From positions 1,736,001-1,800,000 of the forward strand of contig CM022665.1 of the NCBI GenBank assembly GCA_012295275.1: DNA of 64,000 bases, written 5' to 3'. Shown piece by piece: positions 50,465 to 63,274 of the stretch. Numbering within the stretch: position 1 is the stretch's first letter; every line of letters starts with the position of its first letter. Source of the stretch: Chrysomallon squamiferum. Its lineage: Eukaryota; Animalia; Mollusca. Made by a program: the position numbers and the translations under genes. The notes beneath the pieces were generated by a model. It saw only the letters and a program-made list of their open reading frames with translations. It was not told the DNA's origin and made no database searches.

Positions 50465-52165
50465 AATTACATCAAAGGAATCAACTGTGGTTAAAATCAG
50501 AAACATATATAGGCTGTTGTTTCATAATGCAAAATGTAAACTAAAATTTTCTTTTTAAATTAGAATCTTACTGGTCCAAAATATTGGCTTAATTTTAAAA
50601 ACAAGAAAAGATACACTTGTATTTAAGTAAAAACATGAATTCTAAAATTATTTAATGTTCAATTATTAAGATCAACCCAAATATTATAAATAAATGTTTT
50701 GATAAAAGATATTGCATTGTACTGTGTTTTGGTGTGGGGGGTATGATTATGTGTGTGTGTATCTTTGCACATGTGCATAAAGGTTTTTTTTTACCATATG
50801 AGGTGCACTAATTGTGACGTGGTAACCAATGCTTTGTGGTGAATCGTTGTATGGATTGTACGGACAGAAATTGGCTCGATCCACAGCCTTCAAAACTTCA
50901 GCAATTCTTGGTGTTTTTATTATACCATTTCCTAAAACAGTTAACGAATATTTATATAAATGATTTATGAAATTTCTATATTAATTCCAAAAAATTCCTG
51001 ATCAACCTCATAATACAGACAACTTACACTGTAATAATAACACCGTATGTTATTTAATTAAGTATAATCAGTTAATTATTGTCCAAAATATGATTTTACA
51101 AAAAAAAAAAAAAAAAAAAAAAAATGAATTGGAAATGCAAACCATGTAAATTTGACAGTGACATGAATCTGGTAATTATATTTTTAACAAGAAAAACAGT
51201 TTATGATTCAGTTATGACCATTTGCAACATGTTTTTCTATATCAAATAAGTGAATCATGAATCAAAGATTACTATAATTTAATTTTTAAGTGCTTTAATT
51301 AAAAATGTATGTAACTATGCACATTTTTGTTTGTATCAACATTTTATCTAAATGTTGATAAAAGTTGTTATTAATGGTACCTCATTATCATTATATATAT
51401 TTATTTTTTGAGCTAACATTTTTTTTTCCCTAAACAATTAAACAAATGTTGATTTGTAGTAATATCTGTATAATAAAACCCACAAGAATTAAAATCTTGG
51501 CATTAAAAGATGAATTCTTTTATTTTATTAAATCCAAAATCTGAGATAACATGTATTTTTGCTTTTATTCTTATTTGTTGCTGTGAATTTTATTTTGTTT
51601 TCCTTTGTTTACCACATTTAAATATTAAAGAACAAAATATGCAGCTTTTATTTCCATAAATTGTCTTCATTATACTTTGCAATTCTAAACCATCACATCA
51701 TACACTGTACATATAGTTTTAAGTTTGTGATTATACTGATATTTATTAATGGCTCTGCATAATTTATTTCGTTCATATTAATTTTTGTTTTTAAATGTCG
51801 ATCAGTTTACACTGTAAGCATCAGAATAATAAACGAGAGAGAATGTATTTAGATGAATTAAAATCCAAAATTATCCCAGATCATTGCAATTTCAATTTTC
51901 CATTGCACATTAAGTTAATTATCATGTTCATTGAACATTACTGAAATATACTCTTGATTAAGATTATCATAACTAAAATAACATATTACTTTATATATTA
52001 TCAGCCGGGGGGGAGAGTAATTATAGTTATTGCAGGTTTGTCATTTGATTAACGCAATATGACAGGGGAAATAACTCGAATCAAATAGCACCAGAACGTA
52101 GAAGACTTACTTTGCAAATTATCAACTAAATTCGAATTGTTAATACCACTGGAGCGCCAAGCCAT
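49205..52165 (-). CDS. PCMT1: Protein-L-isoaspartate(D-aspartate) O-methyltransferase; complement(join(49205..49384,49683..49895,50239..50343,50795..50931,52111..52165)), 229 aa
   Basis: MAWRSSG..N..LVDNL; NGIIKT.R...V..AVDR; [25 protein letters not shown]; SAM motif [11 protein letters not shown]; VGIDH; GDGRLGY...[13 protein letters not shown]; [17 protein letters not shown]; [19 protein letters not shown]. All introns GT-AG and in phase. Confidence 0.96.
49683..49895 (-). CDS. PCMT1: PCMT1 exon 4
   Basis: TTTTAG|GTAGGAGAT...GAAGAT|GTAACT; overlaps track ORF 49611..49874. Confidence 0.94.
50239..50343 (-). CDS. PCMT1: PCMT1 exon 3
   Basis: TACAG|CATGCA...CTGCTT|GTAGGT; [35 protein letters not shown]. 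Confidence 0.94.
50394..50463. repeat. Compound (TA)n/(ATGT)n/(GT)n microsatellite in PCMT1 intron 2
   Basis: Direct reading. Confidence 0.85.
50795..50931 (-). CDS. PCMT1: PCMT1 exon 2
   Basis: TTTTAG|GAAATGGT...CATATG|GTAAAA; [45 protein letters not shown]. Confidence 0.94.
52111..52165 (-). CDS. PCMT1: PCMT1 exon 1 coding part
   Basis: ATGGCTTGGCGC...TTGCAAA|GTAAGT. Confidence 0.93.
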
Positions 52166-52600
52166 AGATTTAGTTATAATGAACAAAACAAAAGTAAGAT
52201 TCCTTGAGAAAACACACGTCTGACTGCACCACAGTGTCCCCACTAACATTCCACTCCTGTCGCGTTAACAATTAGTCTGGTTCAGGTTAAGCACAAAGTC
52301 TGCAAAGAAGAAGAAAAACATACGAAATAAAACCTAATTTTAAAAAATAATAATGTTTCTGTTCCCTATTTTTTAAGTTGTCACTGATGGTGTTGCGCAC
52401 ATTTACGCAAAAATAAATAATGCTAGCTCCAGTTTTCTGGCACAGCAAGATAAGTTACCTTGACCTTGTTCTGATATTTTAATTGCAATGACCTCGAACT
52501 TCACGTCACATGGCGGGAATATCTGAATAGAATGAAATAAAAATTAAACGAATATAATCACACTTACAGGTCAATCGTTATCGTCAGCGAAAAAAAAAAA
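52166..52600. promoter_or_regulatory. PCMT1 promoter, probably bidirectional
   Basis: CpG cluster; TGCGCA at 52394; CRE-like TCACGTCA at 52501; YY1-like ACATGGCGG at 52508-52516 pointing away from PCMT1. Confidence 0.6.
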
Positions 52601-53044
52601 AAAAAAAAAAAAAAAAGTCACTAGTAAATCAGAAAAGGACCTGCATTTTATAAGAACGTTAATTATATATATATGTACATTTTTTTTGTTACATGTATAC
52701 CTCGTACATACAATTTGTAACAATATAATACATTTTATTATATAAAATAATTTAAAATGCGCTTTATTGTTTAATTTGAAAATACATTCTGAAACAAAAT
52801 GTATATTCAGTATTAATTTGATGAAAACATTTGCTGAATCAGCATGTAGTGCAGTTAATTTGAAATCTGTATCTGAAAAAATATAATTAAATGACTTTGT
52901 TGTAAACCTCAGATTAACAGACTAAATATTAAAATAAAATAGAAGGTACTCTGTCATTTTCAACTGATAGCAAAGGTTTATAGCACATTCCTAGTCCTGT
53001 ATTGTTATATACTTGATGGTGAACGGTTTTGATCAACAAGGAGA

Positions 53045-53051
53045 ATTTATT

Positions 53052-53120
<69 letters not shown>
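53045..53120. repeat. (ATTT)n + (ATT)n microsatellite
   Basis: Direct reading; source of poly-Leu track ORF 53029..53223. Confidence 0.9.
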
Positions 53121-53569
53121 TTATAAAAGTTTTATATTGAAAAAGTTAACATTTGCAATTACACAGACACAAGATGTGTATCAGATGATATATGAAAACA
53201 TACTGAGGTGTGCATGTGTGTGACTTATACATCATGTTAATTACAGATGGCAGCCATTGTTCCAGGGGGAACTCAGTTGGTTGCTTTACAACTAAAAGTA
53301 TCAGGGTGTCAAATATTTATCCAAAGTTCATTGAAATGATGTCTGTTAAACCGAGGGTTTACTAATATTCTTGTTTATAATTATAATTATTAGATCTGAA
53401 ACATGGTTTTCTTGTAATAACGACAATACAGAGTAAATGTACTGTTACCACTGACTTGTCTACTTAATAATGATAATAAATTTAATTTTTTCTTTCTTTT
53501 TTGTTAGCTTTATACAGAAATTAAATTATCTTTGTAAGATAAAAGGGGAAAGTGAAGTAAAACTTTAAA

Positions 53570-54168
53570 CAGATACTAAATCATTTATCTGGCAAGCTTG
53601 GGACAGGAAATGGTCTGGATTTCTGGATTAGCCCGATTCTGGATACAGGTTAAATATTTACATAAAATATAAAATAAACACTGAAAAATAAAAATGAAAC
53701 TGTATTTAATAGATACAAATTAATAAACTCTTAAAGAAGAGTCAGTTTGATATTTGTTAATCCATTAAAATGATTAAAACGTATTTTACAGAATACCATG
53801 TATAATAAATATGATGAAAATTAAATGAAAAATTCTAAAGAACATAATCTTTATTTAAAAGGTAATACATGTACATATTAATGCAGATCTCAATATACTT
53901 AAATTTATTACAGTACCATATATACTGTATTGGATGAAAATTAACTGAAGAAACAACAGTATTTTATATAACAGTTATTCTGTACACCTGTATAGATCAC
54001 CTCTATGCAGCAAGTCTCACTTAAACTGGCTTTGTTCAACAGATACATCATGGAAAGCAAACTAACATAGCTGAATGGTGAGCTACAGCACACCAAAAAA
54101 TAAAACTAATCAGATATAAAAAAAAAAATGCTGGTTTTCTGGAAGCTGGATAAATGGTTTGGTACCTG
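53570..54168. mobile_element. Degenerate non-autonomous DNA transposon (MITE), Tc1/mariner-pogo/Tigger-like, ~600 bp
   Basis: Left end CAGATACTAAATCATTTATCTGGC (53570-53593) vs reverse complement of right end CAGGTACCAAACCATTTATCCAGC (54145-54168): 19/24 identical, all differences transitions. TA follows the right end. Subterminal CTGGAT/TTCTGGA motifs at both ends. Confidence 0.65.
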
Positions 54169-54535
54169 TATAACTAATTATAATAAAATCTACAAAACTC
54201 CTTTAGTAAATTTATATTTGATAACATGTTTAAAATTTAAATACATACACATACAGAGAGAAATGAAAATGATGCTTGTTCTTGAATGAATAATAAAGTA
54301 TGATAATGAAAATATGTATAAATAAACAGGTTCTCTAGGAACTTTGAAAGTTTCTTGTTTCAAATGATAAAATGTCTGATTTTGTTTTAACCATCACATG
54401 GTAACAGAATTATTTATGATTATTTTCATTGTCTTAGACTTTTTGTTTATTTTAACATACTGAAATATATTTTTAATGTGTTTTTATTTATTTATTTTTT
54501 ATTATTATTATTATTTGAAAACTATTTTTTGCTAG

Positions 54536-54591
54536 ACTGCTGAGCTGTTTTTTGGTTAGCCAGTTCTTCTGAATGTACATGAAAGGCTGTG
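54536..54591 (+). other. Candidate small 5'UTR exon of the unidentified + strand gene
   Basis: TTTTTTGCTAG|ACTGC...CTGTG|GTATGC. Confidence 0.3.
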
Positions 54592-55763
54592 GTATGCAGT
54601 TGGTAAAATATGTTAATTAACATTTATGATGTTTTATTAATGGATATTATTAACATAATTTGTTTTGTATAATTATGATATGAAATTATGAAATTATGAT
54701 ACTGCATTATTAAGTAGTTAACTGATTTTTTAAATATTACATGTTAACTCTTAAAACCAAATTTTATATAATTCATCATCGTTTTCACAAACTAGTTTAT
54801 CCAGTCTTTTTCCTGTTAACCTACTTAAGTTTTCACACTCTGAAACATACCTCAAAATTATCTTTTTATTTTGTTATCCTTGGTTAGTTGAGAAATGTTG
54901 GCTGATGTACAGTCAGTTTTGAAATCATTAAAGCTCTTTTACAGAATATGATAAAAAATGTGATGAGCCAGTTTGCCTATTTTACCTGTAGCTTTTTGTT
55001 TTCTCTGTGTTGTACTCTGTGTTGTACTCTTCACTGCAGCCAAATCTGTTATTTAAAAAATCACCCAGTATCCTGAAACTAATTCTTTTTTAATGAAAAA
55101 AACCCCAACAAAACCCCCCTGAAAATTGGAGATATAATTTTACATTTTTTTAATAATAATAATAAGAAGAAGAATATATTTAGTAATTTCTAATTTTATT
55201 TTTAAAAATTTAATAAATTAATAATAATAATGTAAACATAGGATGTTTAAAGTAAAAATACAAATATTATGTGCACACAGAGCAGAGTAAACAGCTGTTT
55301 TGCTATATAAATACTTACTTGAAAAAACAACTAAATGATTAATGTCACACCAACAAATGAAAAGCAGGAAGTATGCAGTTATGTGTTTTTTAAGAATGCT
55401 TATAGCATCTCATTTTAAACATAAATCAGTATCTAATTTTTATTAAATGAACCAAAAAATTATTTTACATATGTATGTAGTTTATTTCTATGAAATATTC
55501 AAATAGTGATATAATTTTTATTATTTATTATGTAAGAGAATTTCTGCTTGTGTGTATATCTGTTTTTATGTATGTAGTTCTTTTTGTTGTTGTTGTTGTT
55601 GTTATTACTGGGCAATGTTGAGTAGTGGATATACTATTTCATTATTACAACTTGCCCTGTAATTGGTAGCCTTCTGTGCTTTTATAATAATTATTGTTAT
55701 TTTACAACACTTTTGTAATGCAGTCAGGACTGAATATATTATTTTAACAATTTTTTGTTTCAG

Positions 55764-55964
55764 TTAGAGGAGAGAAAAGCTTTCTGTGGGAACCCATGTC
55801 CAATGTATTGCTGTGTACAGACACTTGTCAAGTTGCCAGGATACACACTGATGGACATAACTGGTCATTTTGGGAGGTCATATTTTACCTGTTACCTGCA
55901 GCTACCTGTTTAGAATGTGTGTGACAAAATATACATTAATTATTGTGTGTAATTTACTGGACAG
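55764..55964 (+). other. Candidate 5'UTR exon of the unidentified + strand gene
   Basis: TTTTTTGTTTCAG| acceptor and ACAG|GTATGT donor enclose a GC-richer 201-nt block. The phase-0 frame stops at TAG and the block contains several ATGs. Confidence 0.5.
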
Positions 55965-57454
55965 GTATGTTTTAAAAATTAAAAAGTGAAGTTATAAATG
56001 ATAAAGTATGTTAATAGTTAAGAGAAAAATGTAATAATTATAATCATTTTATTTTAGTGCAAGTAATCACAAATATCTGAAACACAAATACTAATAATTA
56101 GCATTTAATTTTTTTCATATTTAATTAAGGTTTAGTTATTTGTATTGTTAAATACTTTCTGTTGCTTTCTGAATGTTAATGTAAGATTATCAGCTAATGA
56201 CTAAAGTGACAATTTTTCTGTCAAATATTTGTCAGTTTGTTTTGTTTTGTTTTTTTTCATCATCTTGTTGAAATGATTTCAGCCAGGTCTCTCTGCTAGA
56301 TGTGAGTTTCTCAGAACAGCACCTGTTGTACGAAAAAAAGAAAAAAAAAGAACTAAACTTGTAACATTGTTACCAGAGAGTTTGCCTAGTTGAGAAGCAA
56401 ACATCTTTTTGTTTGGCTGTCGTTTAAATGATTACATGGGAAAGCAGGTCTAAATATGCTGTTTGGATTTGAAATGAAGGCAGGTTTGCTGAAGCCGAGG
56501 TAGGGAGGGATGACACATGAGTTAGTACAGAGTGTACAGCTTGTCAAGTCTCTGACCAGTGAACATCCTCTGACTTGTGTTGACATCACAGGGCTGGACT
56601 TTGGGACAGCAGCTGATTTGTGTGACAGTGTTTGACAGTGTATATAAACTTGACCATGTGTTTACACTTCAATGTATAACATGGGCAATCACAGCTAATA
56701 CAGCAACTCCGGATGTAAAATACTTGTCTTATTTAGAATGATATTAAAATCTGTGTGGAGTAGCATGTGGCTTTTTATATATAATTTTGAATATCATATT
56801 TGAATGAATTTATGAAGATAGAATGTAAAGTATAAAAAAAATAACTAATAAAAAAAAAAGACAATAAGTTACTTGACTTAGAATTTTGGATTGTAAAGAA
56901 AAAGACCTCTCCTTCAAGGAATGTTAATAATTATTCATGTGAAGTAGAGTATGACGAATATATCTCTTTGCATTGAAATGATAAACAGGACACTTATCAC
57001 AACAAGAGGTGTGTATCATTTCACTGTGTCTATTTTCATTTTCTTTTTCCTCATTTTAGGATTGCTGTACTTCTTAAAAATAGTTTAATTAGTCATGTTA
57101 CTTTAAATACTTTAATGATTTCAAAAGTTATTAAAGGAAGATATTAAATCCAGATTGACATTTGATTCATTGAGGAATGCAAGCCAATTTGAATAACAGT
57201 TGTGACATTATGTGTATTGAATAATGAGAGTGGGTGAGCAGGCTATAACTAGACTTACCTAATCTGTTGGAATATTTACCTGTCTCGCTTGCAAGGGTAC
57301 ATAATGAATCCGTGAACTGTGTAATGTTACACATCTTGGAGATGATGTCATTTATCCGGGATTATACTGATTGGAATTAATCAGTGCTTTTCATGTAGGC
57401 GAATTGTTATTTTTATTTCTGTGAAGGAAATTACAGTAGTTGTTTTCTGTGAAG

Positions 57455-57562
57455 ATGGCTTCTGAAATCACAGAAAATCAAGAAAATGTAGAGGATCCCC
57501 AACAAGGGCCTTTACAACGTCGACCAGCTTTTCGACGTAAGGGATATGCCTGGACCAGCAAG
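57455..57562 (+). CDS. Probable first coding exon of an unidentified gene continuing beyond the window (MASEITENQENVEDPQQGPLQRRPAFRRKGYAWTSK)
   Basis: aagATGG Kozak context, 36 protein-like codons with retained CpGs, strong donor AAG|GTATGC. Upstream acceptor with long pyrimidine tract at 57059 (exon ~57060..57562). No second coding exon recognised before 64000. Confidence 0.65.
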
Positions 57563-59925
57563 GTATGCTTACTTTCTTTAACTTTTTAATAAACTTGTAT
57601 ACCAGTAATTTATATATTTATTTACTTGTTTATTAATTTATGATTAGTAATAATAATAATAATTAATGATAAAAAAAACGATTAATAAAAACAAAAAAAT
57701 GTTTTTAAATGAGGAAATATTAATTTTCTTAACATAACAAATGGTATGGCATTGGTAAATGACTTAAATATAAATAAATGAGTTAACTTGCTAGTTCTTT
57801 TTTTAATAACTAAAATACTAATGTAGATGATAAAAAGATAAATACAGTCTTTGAAATATGTGAAAAATTTACATTTTACATATTCATATTATATTGTTTA
57901 ATTTGATATTATTATTATCATCATCATTAACTATCATGCTTGTTATTACTGTTGTTGTTGTTGTTGTTTATTACAATTATTATTACATTATTAGGAAGTG
58001 TGAAAAATATCAAAATTATTGACAAAGATAACAAATAATTTAACTGGTATTTGTAACCACAAATTACTGCATTTTAAATTTTATATGTAGGTATTTTCTT
58101 TTGATATCAGTCTCCACAATCTTTCCATGTCGCCAGAGAATTAAAGATTTATAGTGTAGCCCTGAAGACACCAACATTCTGAGCAAGAAACAAAACAAGT
58201 GACAAACTAGTTCTAAAAACTGTTGTCTTCATAAAATACCATAGCTTTTGTTTCCTTCTTTACTGAAAACTAATATTTGAATATATAAGCACCAAATTAA
58301 AAAATAAATTAAAAAAATACTAATAACTGTAATTTTTAAAATATATATATATAATGAAAACAATTTTAAATAGAATAAAATAAAATAGATATTTTTAATA
58401 ACAAAACAAAAAATAAATAGAAAGAATAAAATTTAAATAAAATAAAGACAAATACTTTTTATTTTTTTTTTATTTTTTTTTTTTTAAATAGCAAAAAATG
58501 TATATGATAAAATAAATATAAATGAAAAGTTGTATGGTATGTGAGTAGGAGATGCCTATAGATAAATACTGGGTGTGTCATCACAAACTCACGTGAAAAT
58601 CACAGAGTAAACCTGATGTGCTTCTTTCTAGACAACCAACTTTCATTTGATGTTTTTATGTACATACAAATAGTCTCCTTTGTACTAAAATATTTGAGAT
58701 GAAAATTGCAGTGTAATTAGATCTCATTAATAGATTTTATAAGTACTAGCTAGCCAAGGTTAATGCTTAACAAGAACTGATTTTATGTAATCTAATATTA
58801 TTATTGATAAATAATACATTTTTTACTTTTGTTTTTTGTTCAAACTAATTGTGTAATATATTGTGATGATTCATAGAACTTGAAGCTATAAACACACACA
58901 CACACACACACACACAGAGCCACATCTGACATTTTTGGTCAAAATTTTAATATAAATTCATTAATTGAAACAGCCAAAAATCTTCTTTTTTTTCTTCACA
59001 TGAAATACTGGGAGACTGTTTCTAGAGTTTGGCCACCTTCAAGTATCAATGTTTGTAAAAGGATTTCTTAACAACATTAACTGTGGATTTCCAAAGTTTT
59101 TCTTAATCCTTTTAAATCAGGAAGAATTTCTCAACATTCAGTGATATTTTGAAAGTTAGTAATTTGCACTAAGTTTTGTTTGGTTTCAGAAATTATTTTC
59201 TATAGATTATTAAAACAACATTAAATTTATTTTCACCTTATAACTCTGAAATAATAGATTTTAGAAAAAACATACTAACAAGAAAAACTTTCACTGAACA
59301 TTTTTGGTTACTCATTAAAACAGGTAATTAATATTTAGATTTAATCATTTATTTTCATTAAATTTTGAAGATAAAATTTTGGCTTGATTTCATGTCAAAT
59401 ATGGAAATTTACTTTTGAAAACATCATAAATTCTTTTTTTTTTTTTTTTTTTTTAATTAATATTGTTTACAACTTGTACTTCGATGTAATGTAAAGTATA
59501 CAACCACAATTTGATTTACTATAAAGAATGAGGCAGATGCACTCATACACTGTGTGTCTTTCATGAAATTTATAAGCTGGTACCATTACTCAGTTTTCTG
59601 TAAACAAGTAAATTATGGCCACTATTTTGAGGATTAAAATTAGTTTTTTTTCTACAATGTGCACATATTGATTTAATTTTTTTCAAATCTAGCAAACTTT
59701 TCTTTTGATCTGTTTGTCTCAGCAATACTGATACTCTAGTCTGAAAGAAGGTTTGAAATAATGTTTAATAAAGGGTAGACTTATTAAATGATTCTGATAA
59801 CCTCACTAAAAAATTTTAATTGTTAACAACTAATCTGGCAAGTTGTGTTTCTGTGAAAAATAAAATAAAACATAATATAATATTAATAAAAGAACATAAC
59901 TGAAGTAAAATAATATTTTAAAGGA

Positions 59926-60042
<117 letters not shown>

Positions 60043-63000
60043 TAGATAAAATTGTTCTTCCCTTTTTAAAAAATATTTAGTATAATATATTAGTAAAAGT
60101 TTTACTCTTAGTTCTGCTGTTTAAACATTGCACATTTATCACACTGACATAAAAATCTCAAATACATTTTTCAGTTGTTGTGTCATTTACATAGTTTGTG
60201 TACCTCTAGTACACCACCCTATATATAAAGGAGTGTGGTAACAAGTGAGAAGCACTGTGTACATAAATACTGTTTGAAAACTGCCATATAAATCACACTT
60301 TTAAATGTCATCACAGATACAAGTAATTAGGTTGTGATGTTGTGTCACGACAAACTTTATTTGTATTGACTAACTTATACAACTCCCAGGAAGACATTTT
60401 TTAACAAACAGTACTTTGTAATCATATCTAGTTTAGACCAAAATAAAAATATTGTATTAGCTTTTTTCTTTTTCTTCTTTCATTTTTCTAATTTTTATTT
60501 TTATTTAACAAGATAGAGCAGTTTTAATCTAGATGTATACAACATTATATAAATTATGTAACCACTGTACAAATAAAGAAATGAAAGCTGCACAAGACAA
60601 CATATTTTTTCTCAGCAACAAGGAATCATTTATCTTCCCATAACAAACAGCACATACCACAGTCTTTGATAAACAAATTAAGTGGCAATGGAAATGGTCC
60701 AGTGAAAAACAGAAAGTCCAGTACATAACATTAAGAATGACCATTCTAAAATAAATATATAGCAATGTCTCATTTAAAACAGTACCAAAACATGTCCAAA
60801 TTAAAATGAAGGACTATTATTTAATAACACTGGTTTAAAAAGTTTAATAATGTTCATTTAAAACAGAATATTTGTGAAACAGTTAACACATTAAATTGAC
60901 TAACAAACTGGTATTTTTACTCTCTCTCTCCTTCATTCTACTCTGTACTTATCTAAGATCAAATGTACTGTTTTTTTCTCAGTAGATGTACCTAGTTTAT
61001 TACATCCAAAAATTACAGGTCATATTTCTACCACTCATATTTTTAAAAAAACATTAGTTTTATATTACAGATGTAGGTGTGTAAGAGCAAAATAGGCTTT
61101 GGTTATTCAGTTAAATATCCTAAGTGATTAAGACATATTATTATTTAGAATTTTTCAAAATCCTTGTTGGCAGATATTTTTTAAAACATTTTATTTCTTT
61201 AAATGTTACATTTTGATATTTTCAAACATTCTAATAAATATTGCAGGATTGAAATGTTTATTTTATTGTATTTTTTATTTTTTTATTAGCTAATTTGGCT
61301 AACCTCCCATTTTGGTTGTTTCAACAGTCTAATCCATTTTATATATCAGCATGAATTTATTCTTGTTTGAAAATTAATCTTTTTATCTTTGATAGAAATA
61401 TTTAATATTAGGATTTTGAAAAAAAAAATCATAATGGCTTAGTGTGCCCTGTTAACTTAGATTTAAAGTTTAGAAATTTGTCCAGAATTTAATTCTGTAG
61501 TATTATTTTTTGTGCTAGAAGATGAGGTGTGTTTTTCTTCCCCAGCTTTGTATGCCAAGAATTAATCTTTTCTTTTAAATATTGTACAATGGATTTTAAA
61601 GGAATTGTATTTAAGCTTAAAGGATAAAAAAAACTTTTTTTTCTTTTTTTTATATGTATATGCAAATCACCTGAATAATGTCTATTATGATATAAAGTCT
61701 ATTTTATATACATATCAAAAAATGGATTATTGGTTTGAACTTTTAAAACAGTTTCTTATTTGTAGTGGCTGGGCTTTTTTCTTTGTCACTGTGTTGGTTT
61801 TTTTTTTCATACATTTGGACTCAGCTATGTTGATTTGTTTTTGGTCAGTATTCTCTATGTCAGTATCTCTAGCTGGGCCCAGCTGAAATTTAAAACATTC
61901 ATGTTTTTTTGTTTTTTTCCCTCTGTTGAATTGATATGATTAATTTGATACTACACTTGTTTTGATATGTATTTTCACTCCCAGCTTAGATTTTTAGCTA
62001 GAAAACTGTCCAAATGTGTCAGTATTTATGTTCTGTAGAAATAAATAAAATGTATAAAAAGTTAAGTATAATAAATGCTGTACTATTATAATGAGAATGT
62101 AATAAAACTATCTAAAGAATTGCTGACTTGTGACCTCCAACAGATATGATTTATTATTAGTGTTCATTTGTCAGATAAAAAAAAACAATGTTATCTAAAA
62201 CATGAGCAAGGTAATAAATGAACTGACTGGTTTTAAAAGCAAACACATAAAGCTAGAAGTCAACATGACTGTTAGATAAAACAGTTAGTCAAGTGACATA
62301 TAGCTTTGTTACAATCAGACCAAATAAGGATTCATTTATTTTTATTGCTTATCTGTTTGACAGTTACCAAAGAAGTGATCTCTGTATTTGTCTGGTGACT
62401 TGAATATTGTTAAAGACCTATGGACCTTTGTCCACTTCCTTAGTGTTCACACCATACCTTGGAGCACAGCAGACATTAGTAACAAACTTTGTTAATTAGG
62501 TCTATGTGTTGGAATAGAGTGCAGTTTGTTACTCACTCTTCCAAAAAAAGAAGTTGCATTTTGTTCTTATACTTTCATTATAAGTTCATGCTTATTATAT
62601 TTAATTTAACAATTTCTATAAATTCTGTATCCAGAATTTATAGAAATTGTTAGAAAGATGAGTAACTCTAATCCTGATTTAGTGAACATGACATTAGCAT
62701 AGCCAAGAACGGGCCATAATATCAGTTTATTGATTAGCATTCATTACAAATGATTAGTTTCACTGATTAATTTATTTTTCATTGTTAAATGTGTGGTAAA
62801 ATTGTATGATTCTATACAAATTTCATTTCCAAATTTGCTACCTAATATTGTTTGAGTTGATATTTGGTTAACTCAAAGTTTTGCTGTGGCCCCTGCAATA
62901 CTGACACAGTGTGGTTTGACTGTATTTATTATTACAGATTTAATATCCCAAAATTATTATTATTATTATTAAAATTATTATTATTATTATTATAATTATT

Positions 63001-63241
63001 ATTATTATTAGGATTTTAGCTGTCACGTTCTAAGAATTAAAAGCTGATAACATTTACCTGAAAAGTTTGAAATATTACACCTATCATTGTGCTATTCATC
63101 ATAAATGATTACAGTTATAGATGTGAGATAAAAAAGATAGGATAGAATTACAGGCCTTTGTGAAGAAAACCTTTCATTACAATATACTGAAAATTATTTC
63201 TCATTCAGTTTGATTTTTCTGTACCATCAGGTATTCATTCT

Positions 63242-63274
<33 letters not shown>

